DNA from: Chrysomallon squamiferum
Taxonomy: Eukaryota; Animalia; Mollusca
NCBI GenBank assembly: GCA_012295275.1
Contig: CM022679.1
Location: 30,380,001 to 30,444,000 of the forward strand
DNA: 64,000 bases
Reading direction: 5' to 3'
The translations under genes were made by a program, and so were the position numbers. The notes beneath the pieces are model-generated. The model did not search any database. It was not told where the DNA came from and was given only the letters and a program-made list of their open reading frames with translations. Each line of letters opens with the position of its first letter. The stretch's first letter is position 1. Below are positions 1-12,693 of the stretch, piece after piece.

Positions 1-3000
1 AGTTTGAATGGTTGTGGTGTTTTTTTGTTAATTTTTATATTTTATTTTCTCTTTATTTTATATACATTATGAGTATTTTTTTAAATATATTTATTTAAGT
101 TTTGTTTTTTTATTTTGTTTGAATTTGGTGAATGCAGTTTCGAATACAACCATGAACTGTATTGAAAATTAAAAACACATTATCATTGTTGGCAAAAACA
201 AAGCCAAAAAATAAATGGAAACAAAAAACCTTTTATTTTAAAAACAGAGATTTAAAAAAAATAAAAATAAAAAAAAAAAAAATAATTAATTTAATTTTGC
301 AAAAGAATAATTGAACTATGGTAAATATTTTTTTAATATAAGATTGTAAGCAGAATAAACTGAAATAATCAGTAAAAATCAAATCCCAATAAAGCAAAGT
401 TGATTCTTAAAACTGGTAATTTTGACTAGTAAAAGCATTGCGTAATATGTGGGAAACTAAGATGAAAATATGACAGGAAGACGTCTTTTACAGTTTGGAA
501 TAACTTGTCAAGCCACCTCATTCTTGAATTCACAGAAAATTAATAGCTAGGTTTTTCTAAAGAAGTTGGACAAGAAAAAATATGCAAACCAGTAACTTAT
601 TTTAATTTTGTTTATTTATTTATTTATAATTATTTTTGAATGTTTTTTCAGCTTAATTTTATGTTTATCATTATTATTGCTATTTATATTTTATTTATTT
701 ATTTATTTATTTGTTTATTTATTTTCAATCATTGGAGTATTCATCTTATAAACATTTTTCCAATCAGTATTTTTTTTTAGCATGATAAACATGAGAAACC
801 ATTATTATTAAAACTTGGTTGGTAATCGAAACTGATGGACATTTTTATAAAGACGTTGAGCAAGCTTGGGACATTGGTTCCTTATACCATACCAACCTAT
901 TTTTATGATGGAGATGGAAACTAATTTCATACCTAATTAACAAGGTATTTGAACAAAATTTTCTAAGTAGCTTCCTTTTTACCTGTGCCTTGAGTCCTTT
1001 TTTCTCTACAGCATTAAAATTAAGTAGTTTGAATGCTTGATTAATCTTCTTCATCTTTGGTTTCTATATGAAGGATCTGTCATATTTTGATCAGAAAATA
1101 AAAGGCATTATTGAATGATTATCAGTTTGGCCTCAGGTTTTTTAGTTTTGGGTTAAAGCAAAATTTTAAATGGTTTATATTAGTTTTAATATGCCAATCT
1201 GAGGAATAATTTGTGAGACAAATCTCTTTGATTATATTGAACAAGACTGAAGGTTGGGTTGTCTTTGGAAAAGTTACTTTCTTAACTGTAAATGTGTGAT
1301 TTCGGTAGACTTAAATTTAGTTTTAAATGATTTAATTCTAAAGTTATGAAGGACTAAATACGGTTTGAAAATGGGTAAAAATCAGAAAATAACTTTTCAC
1401 GATTTAACATCAAAATACTGGTAGTTTTTTTCTGTTTGGTATTAGATAAATAGTAGAGAATTGGCACAAATTTGTATTGCCTGTTTGTAATCTGAAGAAA
1501 CAGAACTGTTCTTGTTTTTGGAAAACAACTGAACAAAGAAAGGTGAAGTCAATTTTTTAAAGGTCTTAGTGATTTCATCTGTTAGTGATTTTTATTGAAA
1601 TGACTGTTAAGAAAGCAAGTTTGATGATATGAGATCATTATCATCATCTTCTTCATCATCATCATCATCATCATCAACGTCATCATCATCTGATCCACTT
1701 TCTTGGCCAGCAGCCTCTACTTTCTCTTGTTCACATTTCTTTGTCTTGTACTAATATAACTATCATGCATGTTGCATCAGTTGTAATGTATACATTCACT
1801 ACTTTATTATTACTAAATACAACTGTTTAATCTAATATTTTTTATTAACAGCAAATATTATTACCAACATAATTTTATTTTTAATCTATTTTTATAAAAC
1901 TATTTTTATAAAATTATTATTTTAACTTCACCGTTTTTGCTTATTCAGTGTTCCACCTTTAAAAAAAATATTAAGCTGTGTTAAAATAGGGTGAATTGAT
2001 ATATCTATATAGCATTTATGATACCTATTACCTGTTGAATGGTTTTAATTTTTTTACTTTGTATTCCTCTGTCCTTTTGGAAAGATATTTATTAAGTAAG
2101 AACTAGTTCAGAATAAGCAATATTTAACAAAACTAAACAGATAATATATAGTCAATGTAGTAAATATCTTCAGTAAATATTGTCAGTAAATTCCCTCAGT
2201 GAGTGGATGAAATTTGCCACGATTAAATTAAATCATATTTGGCATATCATTTTATACTCATAAAAATATAACCAGACATCTGCATCCGATTGTATAGAAA
2301 GAAATGAATGTTCAACATTTCTTTGGGTAGCTGGAATGGCAAATTATCATTAGTCAGTACTGTTTATTTTCACATACCAGTAAAAATATCTTAAATACCA
2401 GTTTTCATTTTATATTAATGTTACACAAAGTTGATATTAAATTTGATAATAAAAATCCGATATTGTTATCTGAATTCTTGTAAAACAAATCTGTGTCCAC
2501 ATTTTTCTAAAACAGAATTAAATGTAAATAATGATCTTTTAGTATGCTTAAAGTCATTGGATTTAATCATTTTTATCATGGGGGGGGGTACAGCATCATT
2601 CATCAACATTTTGATAAAAATGTTTTTCTAACAAAAGATTAAAGGATATTTTTTTTTTTAATACTCATTTTTAATGCACATTTGTATTCTTGTAAGTTCA
2701 TTGACAAGGGTGAGGGGAGGTAGGGTTTCCTCATTTGTTTGAAGATTTAAATTTTGATTTTGTTAATTTTTTAGTAATGTTTATACAGATTTTTGATATT
2801 GAAAATACATTTAAACAGAGATAAAATATATTAATGTAAAAGTTTTCTCCTTTTGTAGAATTGTAGAATCCATGCAGATTATAACTCTTTTCCCCAAAAA
2901 TATTTTTATTGTTAAATAATTTTCTGTTAGTTAATAGCAACCTTTTGTTTCTCACTTTTTTATTTGTTTTATTACTGATTTTTAAATAACAGAAATGACA

Positions 3001-3530
3001 CATAAATGTTTTTTTTTTTTTTTTTTTTTTACTTTTTAAAAAAAAGAGACTTATTCCTAGTTCTTTATTTAGTGTTAGAGCCTAATGTGTGTAAAATAAT
3101 TAACATGAAATCTTTGAAAATTCTGAAAAATGTGGACAAATGAGGATGTTGGAAGATACTTTAGTTCTTTGGTGGACCACCGAATATTATTTTAATTTAA
3201 GCATAGGACAGCATCACCAGATTCCTTGCTATAAACTTTTATTTATATATTATTTTGAATTCAATAGTTTTATGCATGGCTCTTGATTTATGTCATTATT
3301 TCTGCTTATTAAGAGCTTGATTAATTTTGATTCTAGCTTAGACAATTCCAGTGTTTCCTAAGTTTCACAGACATCGTCTTTGTGATTTTTATTATTATTG
3401 AATTTGCCTGCCTGCCTGCCCACCTGCTTGTATGCCGCATGATCTAATAACATCTAATACAAAAACTAAAAAACTGTGGATTTAGAAACTGACCAGTTGT
3501 TTAGTATAAAATAACATGCTAAACTTTCAG

Positions 3531-6500
3531 ACCATGTTGAGGAAAGGACTTCTCCACAACGAGAAGCTGTCCATCTGGAAACAGTTGAGTTTGAACAGCG
3601 AGAGAGAGTCACTCAAGTCCCTGTAACTGCAGGTCTTGCATCTCCTGGATCTGCTGATCAGATTGTCAGTCCCAGCTCAGATGGTTCTTACCATGATGGA
3701 CCTTCCTCTGTCCCAGAACCTGTCATGCCAGATGGTTTTGTTCCAGTCAGACATTCAGATGATGAAGCAGAAACAGTTCCCAAACACCCTGAGAGACATG
3801 TTTCGTTTGAAGATGAAAGTGATTTAGTTGCTGAAGAGCAACCAGTCAGAACTATGATGGTCAAAGAGGAACCAATTCGAGAGGAGCTAGAACCAGATTT
3901 ACTCAAAGAACATCCAACTTATGTTGGAATTGAAAGTAGTGTTGATTTACCTGCTGACACTCTTCTCAGAGAGGAACAATACAAGGAGCCCAGTCCAGAA
4001 TTAATTGAGGAAAGAAAGGAACCAAGCCCAGAACTAATTGAGGAAAGAAAGGAACCTAGTCCAGAACTAGTAGAAAGAAAGGAACCAAGCCCAGAACATA
4101 TTGAAGAAAGAAAGGAACCTAGTCCAGAACTAGTTGAGGAAAGAAAGGAACCTAGTCCAGAACTAATTGAGGAAAGAAAGGAACCAAGCCCAGAACTAGT
4201 TGAAAGAAAGGAACCAAGTCCAGAACTAGCTGAGGAAAGAAAGGAACCAAGCCCAGAATTAATTGAAAGAAAGGAACCAAGTCCAGAACTAGCTGAGGAA
4301 AGAAAGGAACCAAGCCCAGAGCTAGTTGAAAGAAAGGAACCAAGCCCAGAGCTAGTTGAAAGAAAGGAACCAAGCCCAGAACTAGATGAGGAAACAAAGG
4401 AACCAAGCCCAGAACTAATTGAAAGAAAGGTACAAAGTCCAGAACTAGTTGAGGAAAGAAAGGAACCAAGCCCAGAGCTAGTTGAAAGAAAGGAACCAAG
4501 CCCAGAGCTAGTTGAAAGAAAGGAACCAAGCCCAGAACTAGATGAGGAAACAAAGGAACCAAGCCCAGAACTAATTGAAAGAAAGGTACAAAGTCCAGAA
4601 CTAGTTGAGGAAAGAAAGGAACCAAGCCCAGAACTAATTGAAAGAAAGGAACCAAGTCCAGAACTAACTGAGGAAAGAAAGGAACCAAGCCCAGAACTAA
4701 TTGAGGAAAGAAAGGAACCAAGCCCAAAACTAGTTGAGGAAAGAAAGGAACCAAGCCCAGAACTAGTTGAAAGAAAGGAACCAAGTCCAGAACTAGTTGA
4801 GGAAAGAAAGGAACCAAGCCCGGAACCATGTGCGGAACTAGTTGAGGAAAGAAAGGAACCAAGCCCAGAACTAGTTGAAGAAAGAACTTATGTTGGAATT
4901 GAAAGTAGTGTTGATTTTCCTGCTGACACTCTTTACAGAGAGGAACAATACAAGGAGCCCATCCCAGAATTAATTGAAAGAAAGGAACCTAGTCCAGAAC
5001 TAGTTGAGGAAAGAAAGGAACCAAGCCCAGAACTAGTTGAGAAAACAAAGGAACCAAGTGCGGAACTAGTTGAGGAAAGAAAGGAACCAAGCCCAGAACT
5101 AGTTGTAGAAAGAACTTATGTTGGAATTGAAAGTAGTGTTGATTTTCCAGCTGAGACTCTTTACAGAGAGGAACAACACAAGGAACCCAGCCCAGAATTA
5201 ATTGAAAGAAAGGAACCAATTCCAGAACTAGTAGAAAGAAAGGAACCAAGCCCAGAACTAGTTGAAAGAAAGGAACCTAGTCCAGAACTAGTTGAGGAAA
5301 GAAAGGAACCAAGTCCAGAACTAGTTGAGGAAAGAAAGGAACCAAGCCCAGAATTAATTGAGGAAAGAAAGGAACCTAGTCCAGAACTAGTTGAGGAAAG
5401 AAAGGAACCAAGTCCAGAACTAGTTGAGGAAAGAAAGGAACCTAGTCCAGAACTAGTAGAAAGAAAGGAACCTAGTCCAGAACTAGTTGAGGAAAGAAAG
5501 GAACCAAGTCCAGAAATAGTTGAAAGAAAGGAACCAAGTCCAGAACTAGTCGAGGAAAGAAAGGAACCAAGTCCAGAACTAGTTGAAAGAAAGGAACCTA
5601 GTCCAGAAATAGTTGAAAGAAAGGAACCAAGTCCAGAGCTAGTTGAGGAAAGAAAGGAACCAAGTCCAGAATTAGTTGAAAGAAAGGAACCAAGCCCAGA
5701 GCTAGTTGAGGAAAGAAAGGAACCAAGCCCAGAACTAGTTGAAGAAAGAACTTATGTTGGAATTGAAAGTAGTGTTGATTTTCCTGCTGACACTCTACAC
5801 AGAGAGGAACAATACAAGGAGCCCAGCCCAGAATTAATTGAGGAAAGAAAGGAACCAAGTCCAGAACTAATTGAGGAAAGAAAGGAACCAAGCCCAGAAC
5901 TAGTTGAGGAAAGAAAGGAACCAAGCCCAGAACTAGTTGAAGAAAGAACTTATGTTGGAATTGAAAGTAGTGTTGATTTTCCTGCTGACACTCTTTACAG
6001 AGAGGAACAATACAAGGAGCCCAGCCCAGAATTAATTGAGGAAAGAAAGCAACCAAGTCCAGAACTAGTTGAGGAAAGAAAGGAACCTAGTCCAGAACTA
6101 ATTGAGGAAAGAAAGGAACCAAGTCCAGAACTAATTGAGGAAAGAAAGGAACCAAGTCCAGAACTAGTTCAGGAAAGAAAGGAACCAAGCCCAGAACTAG
6201 TTGAAAGAAAGGAACCAAGCCCAGAACTAGTTGAGGAAAGAAAGGAACCAAGTCCAGAACTAATTGAAAGAAAGGAACCAAGTCCAGAACTAGTTGAAAG
6301 AAAGGAACCAAGCCCAGAACTAGTTGAAAGAAAGGAACCAAGCCCAGAACTAGTTGAAAGAAGGGAACCAAGCCCAGAACTAGTTGAGGAAAGAAAGGAA
6401 CCAAGCCCAGAACTAATTGAGGAAAGAAAGGAACCAAGCCCAGAACTAGCTGAGGAAACAAAGGAACCAAGTCCAGAATTAATTGAGGAAAGAAAGGAAC

Positions 6501-8222
6501 CAAGTCCAGAACTAGTTGAGGAAAGAAAGGAACCCAGTCCAGAACTAATTGAAAGAAAGGAACAAAGTCCAGAACTAATTGAGGAAAGAAAGGAACCAAG
6601 TCCAGAACTAGTTGAGGAAAGAAAGGAACCTAGTCCAGAACTAATTGAAAGAAAGGAACCAAGTCCAGAACTAGTTGAAAGAAAGGAACCAAGCCCAGAA
6701 CTAGTTGAGGAAAGAAAGGAACCAAGTCCAGAACTAATTGAAAGAAAGGAACCAAGTCCAGAACTAGTTGAAAGAAAGGAACCAAGCCCAGAACTAGTTG
6801 AGGAAAGAAAGGAACCAAGTCCAGAACTAATTGAGGAAAGAAAGGAACCAAGTCCAGAACTAGTTGAAAGAAAGGAACCAAGCCCAGAACTAGTTGAAAG
6901 AAAGGAACAAAGCCCAGAACTAGTTGAAAGAAGGGAACCAAGCCCAGAACTAGTTGAGGAAAGAAAGGAACTAAGTCCAGAACTAGTTGAGGAAAGAAAG
7001 GAACCAAGCCCAGAACTAGCTGAGGAAACAAAGGAACCAAGTCCAGAATTAATTGAGGAAAGAAAGGAACCAAGTCCAGAACTAGTTGAGGAAAGAAAGG
7101 AACCAAGTCCAGAACTAGTTGAAAGAAAGGAACCAAGTCCAGAACTAGTTGAAAGAAAGGAACCAAGTCCAGAACTAGTTGAAAGAAAGGAACCAAGTCC
7201 AGAACTAGTTGAGGAAAGAAAGGAACCAAGTCCAGAACTAGTTGAAAGAAAGGAACCAAGCCCAGAACTAGTTGAAAGAAAGGAACCAAGCCCAGATCTT
7301 TTTGAGGAAAGAAAGGAACCAAGTCCAGAACTAGTTGAGGAAAGAAAGGAACCAAGTCCAGAACTAGTTGAGGAAAGAAAGGAACCAAGCCCAGAACTAG
7401 TTGAGGAAACAAAGGAACGAAGCCCAGAACTAGTTGAGGAAACAAAGGAACCAAGCCCAGAACTAGAAGAAAGAAAGGAACCAAGCCCAGAACTAGTTGA
7501 AAGAAAGGAACCAAGCCCAGAACTAGTTGAAAGAAAGGAACCAAGCCCAGAACTAATTGAGGAAAGAAAGGAGCAAAGTCCAGAACTAGTTGAGGAAAGA
7601 AAGGAACCTAGTCCAGAGCTAGTTGAGGAAACAAAAGAACGAAGTCCTGAACTAGTTATGGAAAGTAGTGTTGATGGACCTGTTGATGTGTTTTACAGGG
7701 CTGAGGAGGAGCCTAGTTTAGAACATGTTCAACCAGTCAAGGAGAGTTCTGTTGACGAACCAACTGATTCATATAAAGAATATCATGAGCCAGAACCAAG
7801 TGATGACAAAACAGATTTCAAGGAAGAAATGCCAGTCAGTACACCTTATGAAGAAAAAGAACCTAGCCCAACTCCTGAAGACAGACCAGACAAAGAAATA
7901 ACTGAAGAAGAAAAAGCCAAAGAACAGTTACCCACTGCTGAGGAAAGTTTTGTTGACAGAAAAGAAGGTAGTTTAGAACAGATGGTAGAAACTACCACTA
8001 AATCTCCAGACACTCTGGAAGCTTACACACCTGTAGAAGCAGAAGCAGGCACAACAGAAAAGGCTCCTGATTTTGGGGAGGTGGGCATGGGTGATTTTGT
8101 TGATAGGCACGAGGAGAGGATCGAGGTATCAACCGATGTCATCAAAGCTAGAGAAAAAAGTCCTCCATTATCAACAGGCATCCCTATTTCAGCTGGAGAC
8201 GAGAAAGAAGTTGCAGAAGAAG
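3531..8222 (+). CDS. Giant exon 1 (4692 nt, phase 1-1), KEPSPEL repeat exon
   Basis: Acceptor ctttcag|AC at 3530/3531; frame open from 3533 (HVEERTSPQ...) into the 1506-aa ORF; donor GAAG|gtagtg at 8222/8223 (alternative same-phase A|gtaaat at 8234/8235); length divisible by 3. Confidence 0.85.
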
Positions 8223-8486
8223 GTAGTGGTCTCAGTAAATCATAAATTAAAATCACTCATTTATTCTTTTCTGGAGAAGGATCCTCATTGGTTGGGTTGG
8301 TTTGGGTCTGGTGGGGTGTTTAGACAATGGAAGGTTATTACTAACAGATTTCATTTTTATTTTTATATCCTAATTTTAGTTTATGATAATTTTTGTTTCA
8401 GAACTAATGTTTTGGGCATGATGAAAATAATAATTTTATAATTACTTATTTTTTTTTGTTTTTTTTATATGTTAATTAATTAATTG

Positions 8487-8526
<40 letters not shown>

Positions 8527-8764
8527 TAAACTTTAACTAAGAAGAAGAAAAAAAAACCCCAAAATCCCCCAAAATCAAATGGAATTTTAAAATTCTCTTT
8601 TAGTTTTCAAAATATATATCTCAGTTCCTTTTACTTTTAATTTCATAATTTGTTTTTAGATTGATTTTACTTAATACCATCTTTACTTACACTCCTACCC
8701 CATCACATACCAAAAAATACAAAAAAAAAAAAAAAAAATAATAAAAAGAAAAAAAAAAAAAAAA

Positions 8765-8802
<38 letters not shown>

Positions 8803-9661
8803 TTAAATTATTATTAATAAAGATACATAAATAAAAAATAGAAATTGAAGAAGAAGGAAAAAAAATAAAAACCTCAGTGATAAAGTTAAATATATGATTA
8901 TTTTTTTTCATTAATTTGAAGCATGTGCACAAATTTTCTGCATGTTGAACTTATTTTTTGTTGTGTTTTGTGTTTGTGACAAACCATACAACATGGGGAA
9001 AAAATTCTTGTAAAATTTACTCCCCTTAGAAAGAGTAAAACCAGATTTTGCTCTAAATGTTGCAAAGGTATATTCATATTTCTATTTCAGTTTTATACAG
9101 TTTAAATATCAAAAATCTTCAAGTGTATAGGAAATAGTAAATATGTAGTTTATGTTTGTATGAGCATAGTTGATGCAATAAGTAACTTTGTTTAGTTCAG
9201 TGTATATATATATATATATATTTATAAACTAAAATATTCAACTGTGTTTACACATATTTATATATTATTTATTTATGTATTATTTATTTTTTTTATTTAT
9301 TTATTTATTTATTAACATTAACCTAGAAATAAGACAAAACATTTTGAAAAAAAAAAAAAAAAAAAAAAAGAAGATAAAACTATGTAATTCAGTACAAAAA
9401 GATTATAAATTTACTTAAAACAGTTAACTGGTAGGTGAGCATGTGTGTTTGTTAAGTAAATAAACATTAAAAAAAAAAAAATGTATGTAATAAGTGCAGT
9501 CTGGTAACAAAAGAAAAACCTTTTACGTTTAAGATAACTAAAATAACAACTTTCTCATCTTATCGATGGAAAAAAAAAAAAAAAATTATATATATATATA
9601 TATATAATAAAATATATACTGTGGCACAGAACTTTTAATATTTTAAAGAAAAACTGAACTT

Positions 9662-9701
<40 letters not shown>

Positions 9702-12655
9702 ATGAATGAATGTTTATTACAATTTAAAATTTTAAAGTGTGTTTAAGTGTTCATGTTTATTGAAATACAAGATGAGCTGACAACTGGCCAAGGTCAAATT
9801 CTTACAGTGTTACCAATACATACAAAAAGATTTAAATGATTTAAAAAACCTTTCTTCTTGGAATAGCACTTTCAGTAATTAGTAATCCATATATCATTTT
9901 TTATTTATTTACTTTTTAAAATTGTTTTAAATATTCTCACTAGGAACAGTAGATAAATCTTGTATGACATAGTAAAAAATGTTCTGTGACTAACAATTCA
10001 GTTTTGAAGTATTAATAATACTGTTGGATCATATATCATTACTTCTTTCTTCAGAATACTTCTCTACTTCCAAATTTTCTTTTTTTCTGTTCTTTACTTT
10101 TTCACACCATTTCAAAATGGGTTGGTTTTATGGGTTTGATGTCCTATTTTAAAAAAAATACATATATATGAGTGCATGCATACAAAATATTCCACTGAGA
10201 AAGAATAGGGAAATCACATATAGTTTTCTGAACTCAAACAATTTTAGATTCAAATTTCTGAAATAATCGTTTTTGGTGATTTAATTCAGTGGACTGTGGC
10301 TCTTGCCAATCAGATATATATAGTTAATAAAGTTTAATGTATTTTTAGCCATTTATGGGAAGACACACAAAACAGTTTCATGTACCACAATGAGTAATGG
10401 GTACATTTTATTCTTGCATATTTTATCATTACACACATTATGTTGGTATCTACTAATTAAATTAAAAAATATATATAGGTGTTATATTTATTAGACAAGA
10501 AAATGGGGATGGGTTATGGGAATTAATCTAATGATTATACCACCAATAACATTTTTGGATAATTGCATAAATCAGGAAAGAAATAAAATAATTTTCAGGT
10601 ATGTGTAACTAATAAATGTAATTACATTAAAAAAAAAAATTAAAAAGCATTTGTAGATATACTTTTAATAAGTACAACAAATGAAATATTTCAGAAAAAT
10701 ATAATAATTAAAAAACCCACCAAAACAACAACATTGGTTGTAATTTTTCTATTTTTTGAAGAAGTTAAACCAGGTAAGGAAAAACTTATTAATTTAAATT
10801 TATATACTAATTGTTTGTACAATTCTCTTTAGGTAAGTGTTTAAATTTTTTTATTCTTATTAATGATTATGCTTAATTGCTTTTTGCTTTTTTTTAAAGT
10901 ATGGAGTCATAAAGTGTTTTTTTTAATAAATTAGCTTTAAAAAGAAAAGAGAGACAAATAACCTATAATAATAATAATAATTATCATATCAGTCTTAAAA
11001 AATAAAACAAAAATAATGATAAGAATAATAAATAAAATAAATAAATACATAAATTAAAGTTTCCATGCTGCTGAGCTATGAATTTTAGGCTTACTGCAAA
11101 AGAAGTTTATATGATTTGAAATCTACTTTTATATTTTGGCTTTGCTTTTATTTTCTTCGTAACAAAAATAATTTTTTTTGCTTCCAATCGATCATGATGT
11201 AACAGTGAAAAAAATATTTGTTTTAAAATTTAGCAATAAACATTTTCATTTCTTTTGTAGGCAACTAAAAATAACACAAAACAATTGAAAATAACAAATA
11301 GCGCATTATCTAACAAATAACCCTGTTTTATTTGAATTATTTTATTATTATTTTCAGTGTTCATTCTAATTAGTTTTGTAAATAAATAATATATATTGCA
11401 TCCCGTATTTATTATAAAAAAAATAAAATAAATAATGAAAAAAAATAATAAAAGCAAACAAAAATTAGACTCGGTCACCATGATTATCAAAGAACTTAAA
11501 TACAGGCATTTCTTAATGAAAAATCTTACTGATAAAGTTTGTTATATATGGGGGTCATTGCAGAGGTTTAACATTTCTAAAAATTTTGTAAATGTTCTAA
11601 GAAGAATTAGAGGTATACACTGCATTTCAAAAATTTTGTTCATATCTCGTAGCATGTAATAACATGCATGACTATTTTAATAAATAAACATCAAGTTTAC
11701 TATTTCTTCTAAGAATGGTTGATTGTAATTATGTCTGCATGTTGTAAATATTTTACAGTTCTGAGCATTTGACATTGGTCTTGTACTTTATATGAATATT
11801 CATTAGAAGGAGAAAAGTTAGCTTCATTGTATTTATTTTTGTTTTTGTTTTCTTAAGGGAGGCTGAATAGGTTTCTGTTCAAGTATTTTCCAAAGTATTT
11901 GCTGGTGCTGTGCTGTTTTTATATTTATATTAACATATGGTACTTTTCTTTTATGTGTGGCTTTGCAGGATCAAATGTTTCTGGATCATTTCCTATTTGT
12001 AAAAAGGTGCATTAAAAGATTTCTTTTTGCTGATCAAAATGAATTGCTTTTGGTTTATCAAAATGAATTGCTTTTGGTTTGATGACGTCAGATTTCTCCT
12101 TTGAAGAGAAGTTTTGCAAAAAAAAAAAAAAAAAAAAAATGCTTATAACTGACACTGATGAACCATTATATGCTGAGGTTTTGTTAAAAGAATATTTTTG
12201 CTTCATAATTGAAATAAAGCAACCTTGATAATGAATTAATTGAATACGTGCAAAATTATACATTTAAAGATTCTTGCACATTTTTTGGCTTCTTTTTTGG
12301 TTGGGTAGTGGGCACACAAAGGTCTTAAATTTTTTTTTTTTTTTTTTTTATTTTTTTATATGATCTTTGAATAAAAGTGTTTGTTTTAATTAGTATTTAA
12401 GAACAATAGAACTTACTGTTTATTCTGCACTTTTTAGATTTGTCCAATAAATTAAATTTCAGCAGTTCTTGCAGTATTGAAAATGTATTCACCAAATTAT
12501 TATTATTATTAATATTATTATTATTATTTTAATTTTTTATTTATTTATTTTTGTTGAGGATGTTTTTTAATTTATTTAATTGTTCTTTGCTTGTTTTCTT
12601 TCTTTTGGTTTTGGTTTTTACTTTTCTGTGTTATTATTATTTATTATTATTATTA

Positions 12656-12693
<38 letters not shown>

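Noticed and set aside
1-3500. Short ORFs and a (CAT)n tract near 1636-1690
   Set aside because: AT-rich intron sequence with no convincing splice-flanked coding segment.
4152-7544. Minus-strand ORFs with LVPFFQLVLG repeats
   Set aside because: Antisense shadows of the KEPSPEL array; they are open only because the repeat unit rarely contains stops.
3984-7650. CRISPR-like regular repeats
   Set aside because: Head-to-tail in-frame units without unique spacers, no cas genes, eukaryotic context.
11969-12080. Possible exon after ctttgcag and a 24-bp direct duplication at 12033-12080
   Set aside because: The exon would not be phase-symmetric and lacks the gene's composition; the duplication looks like ordinary slippage.
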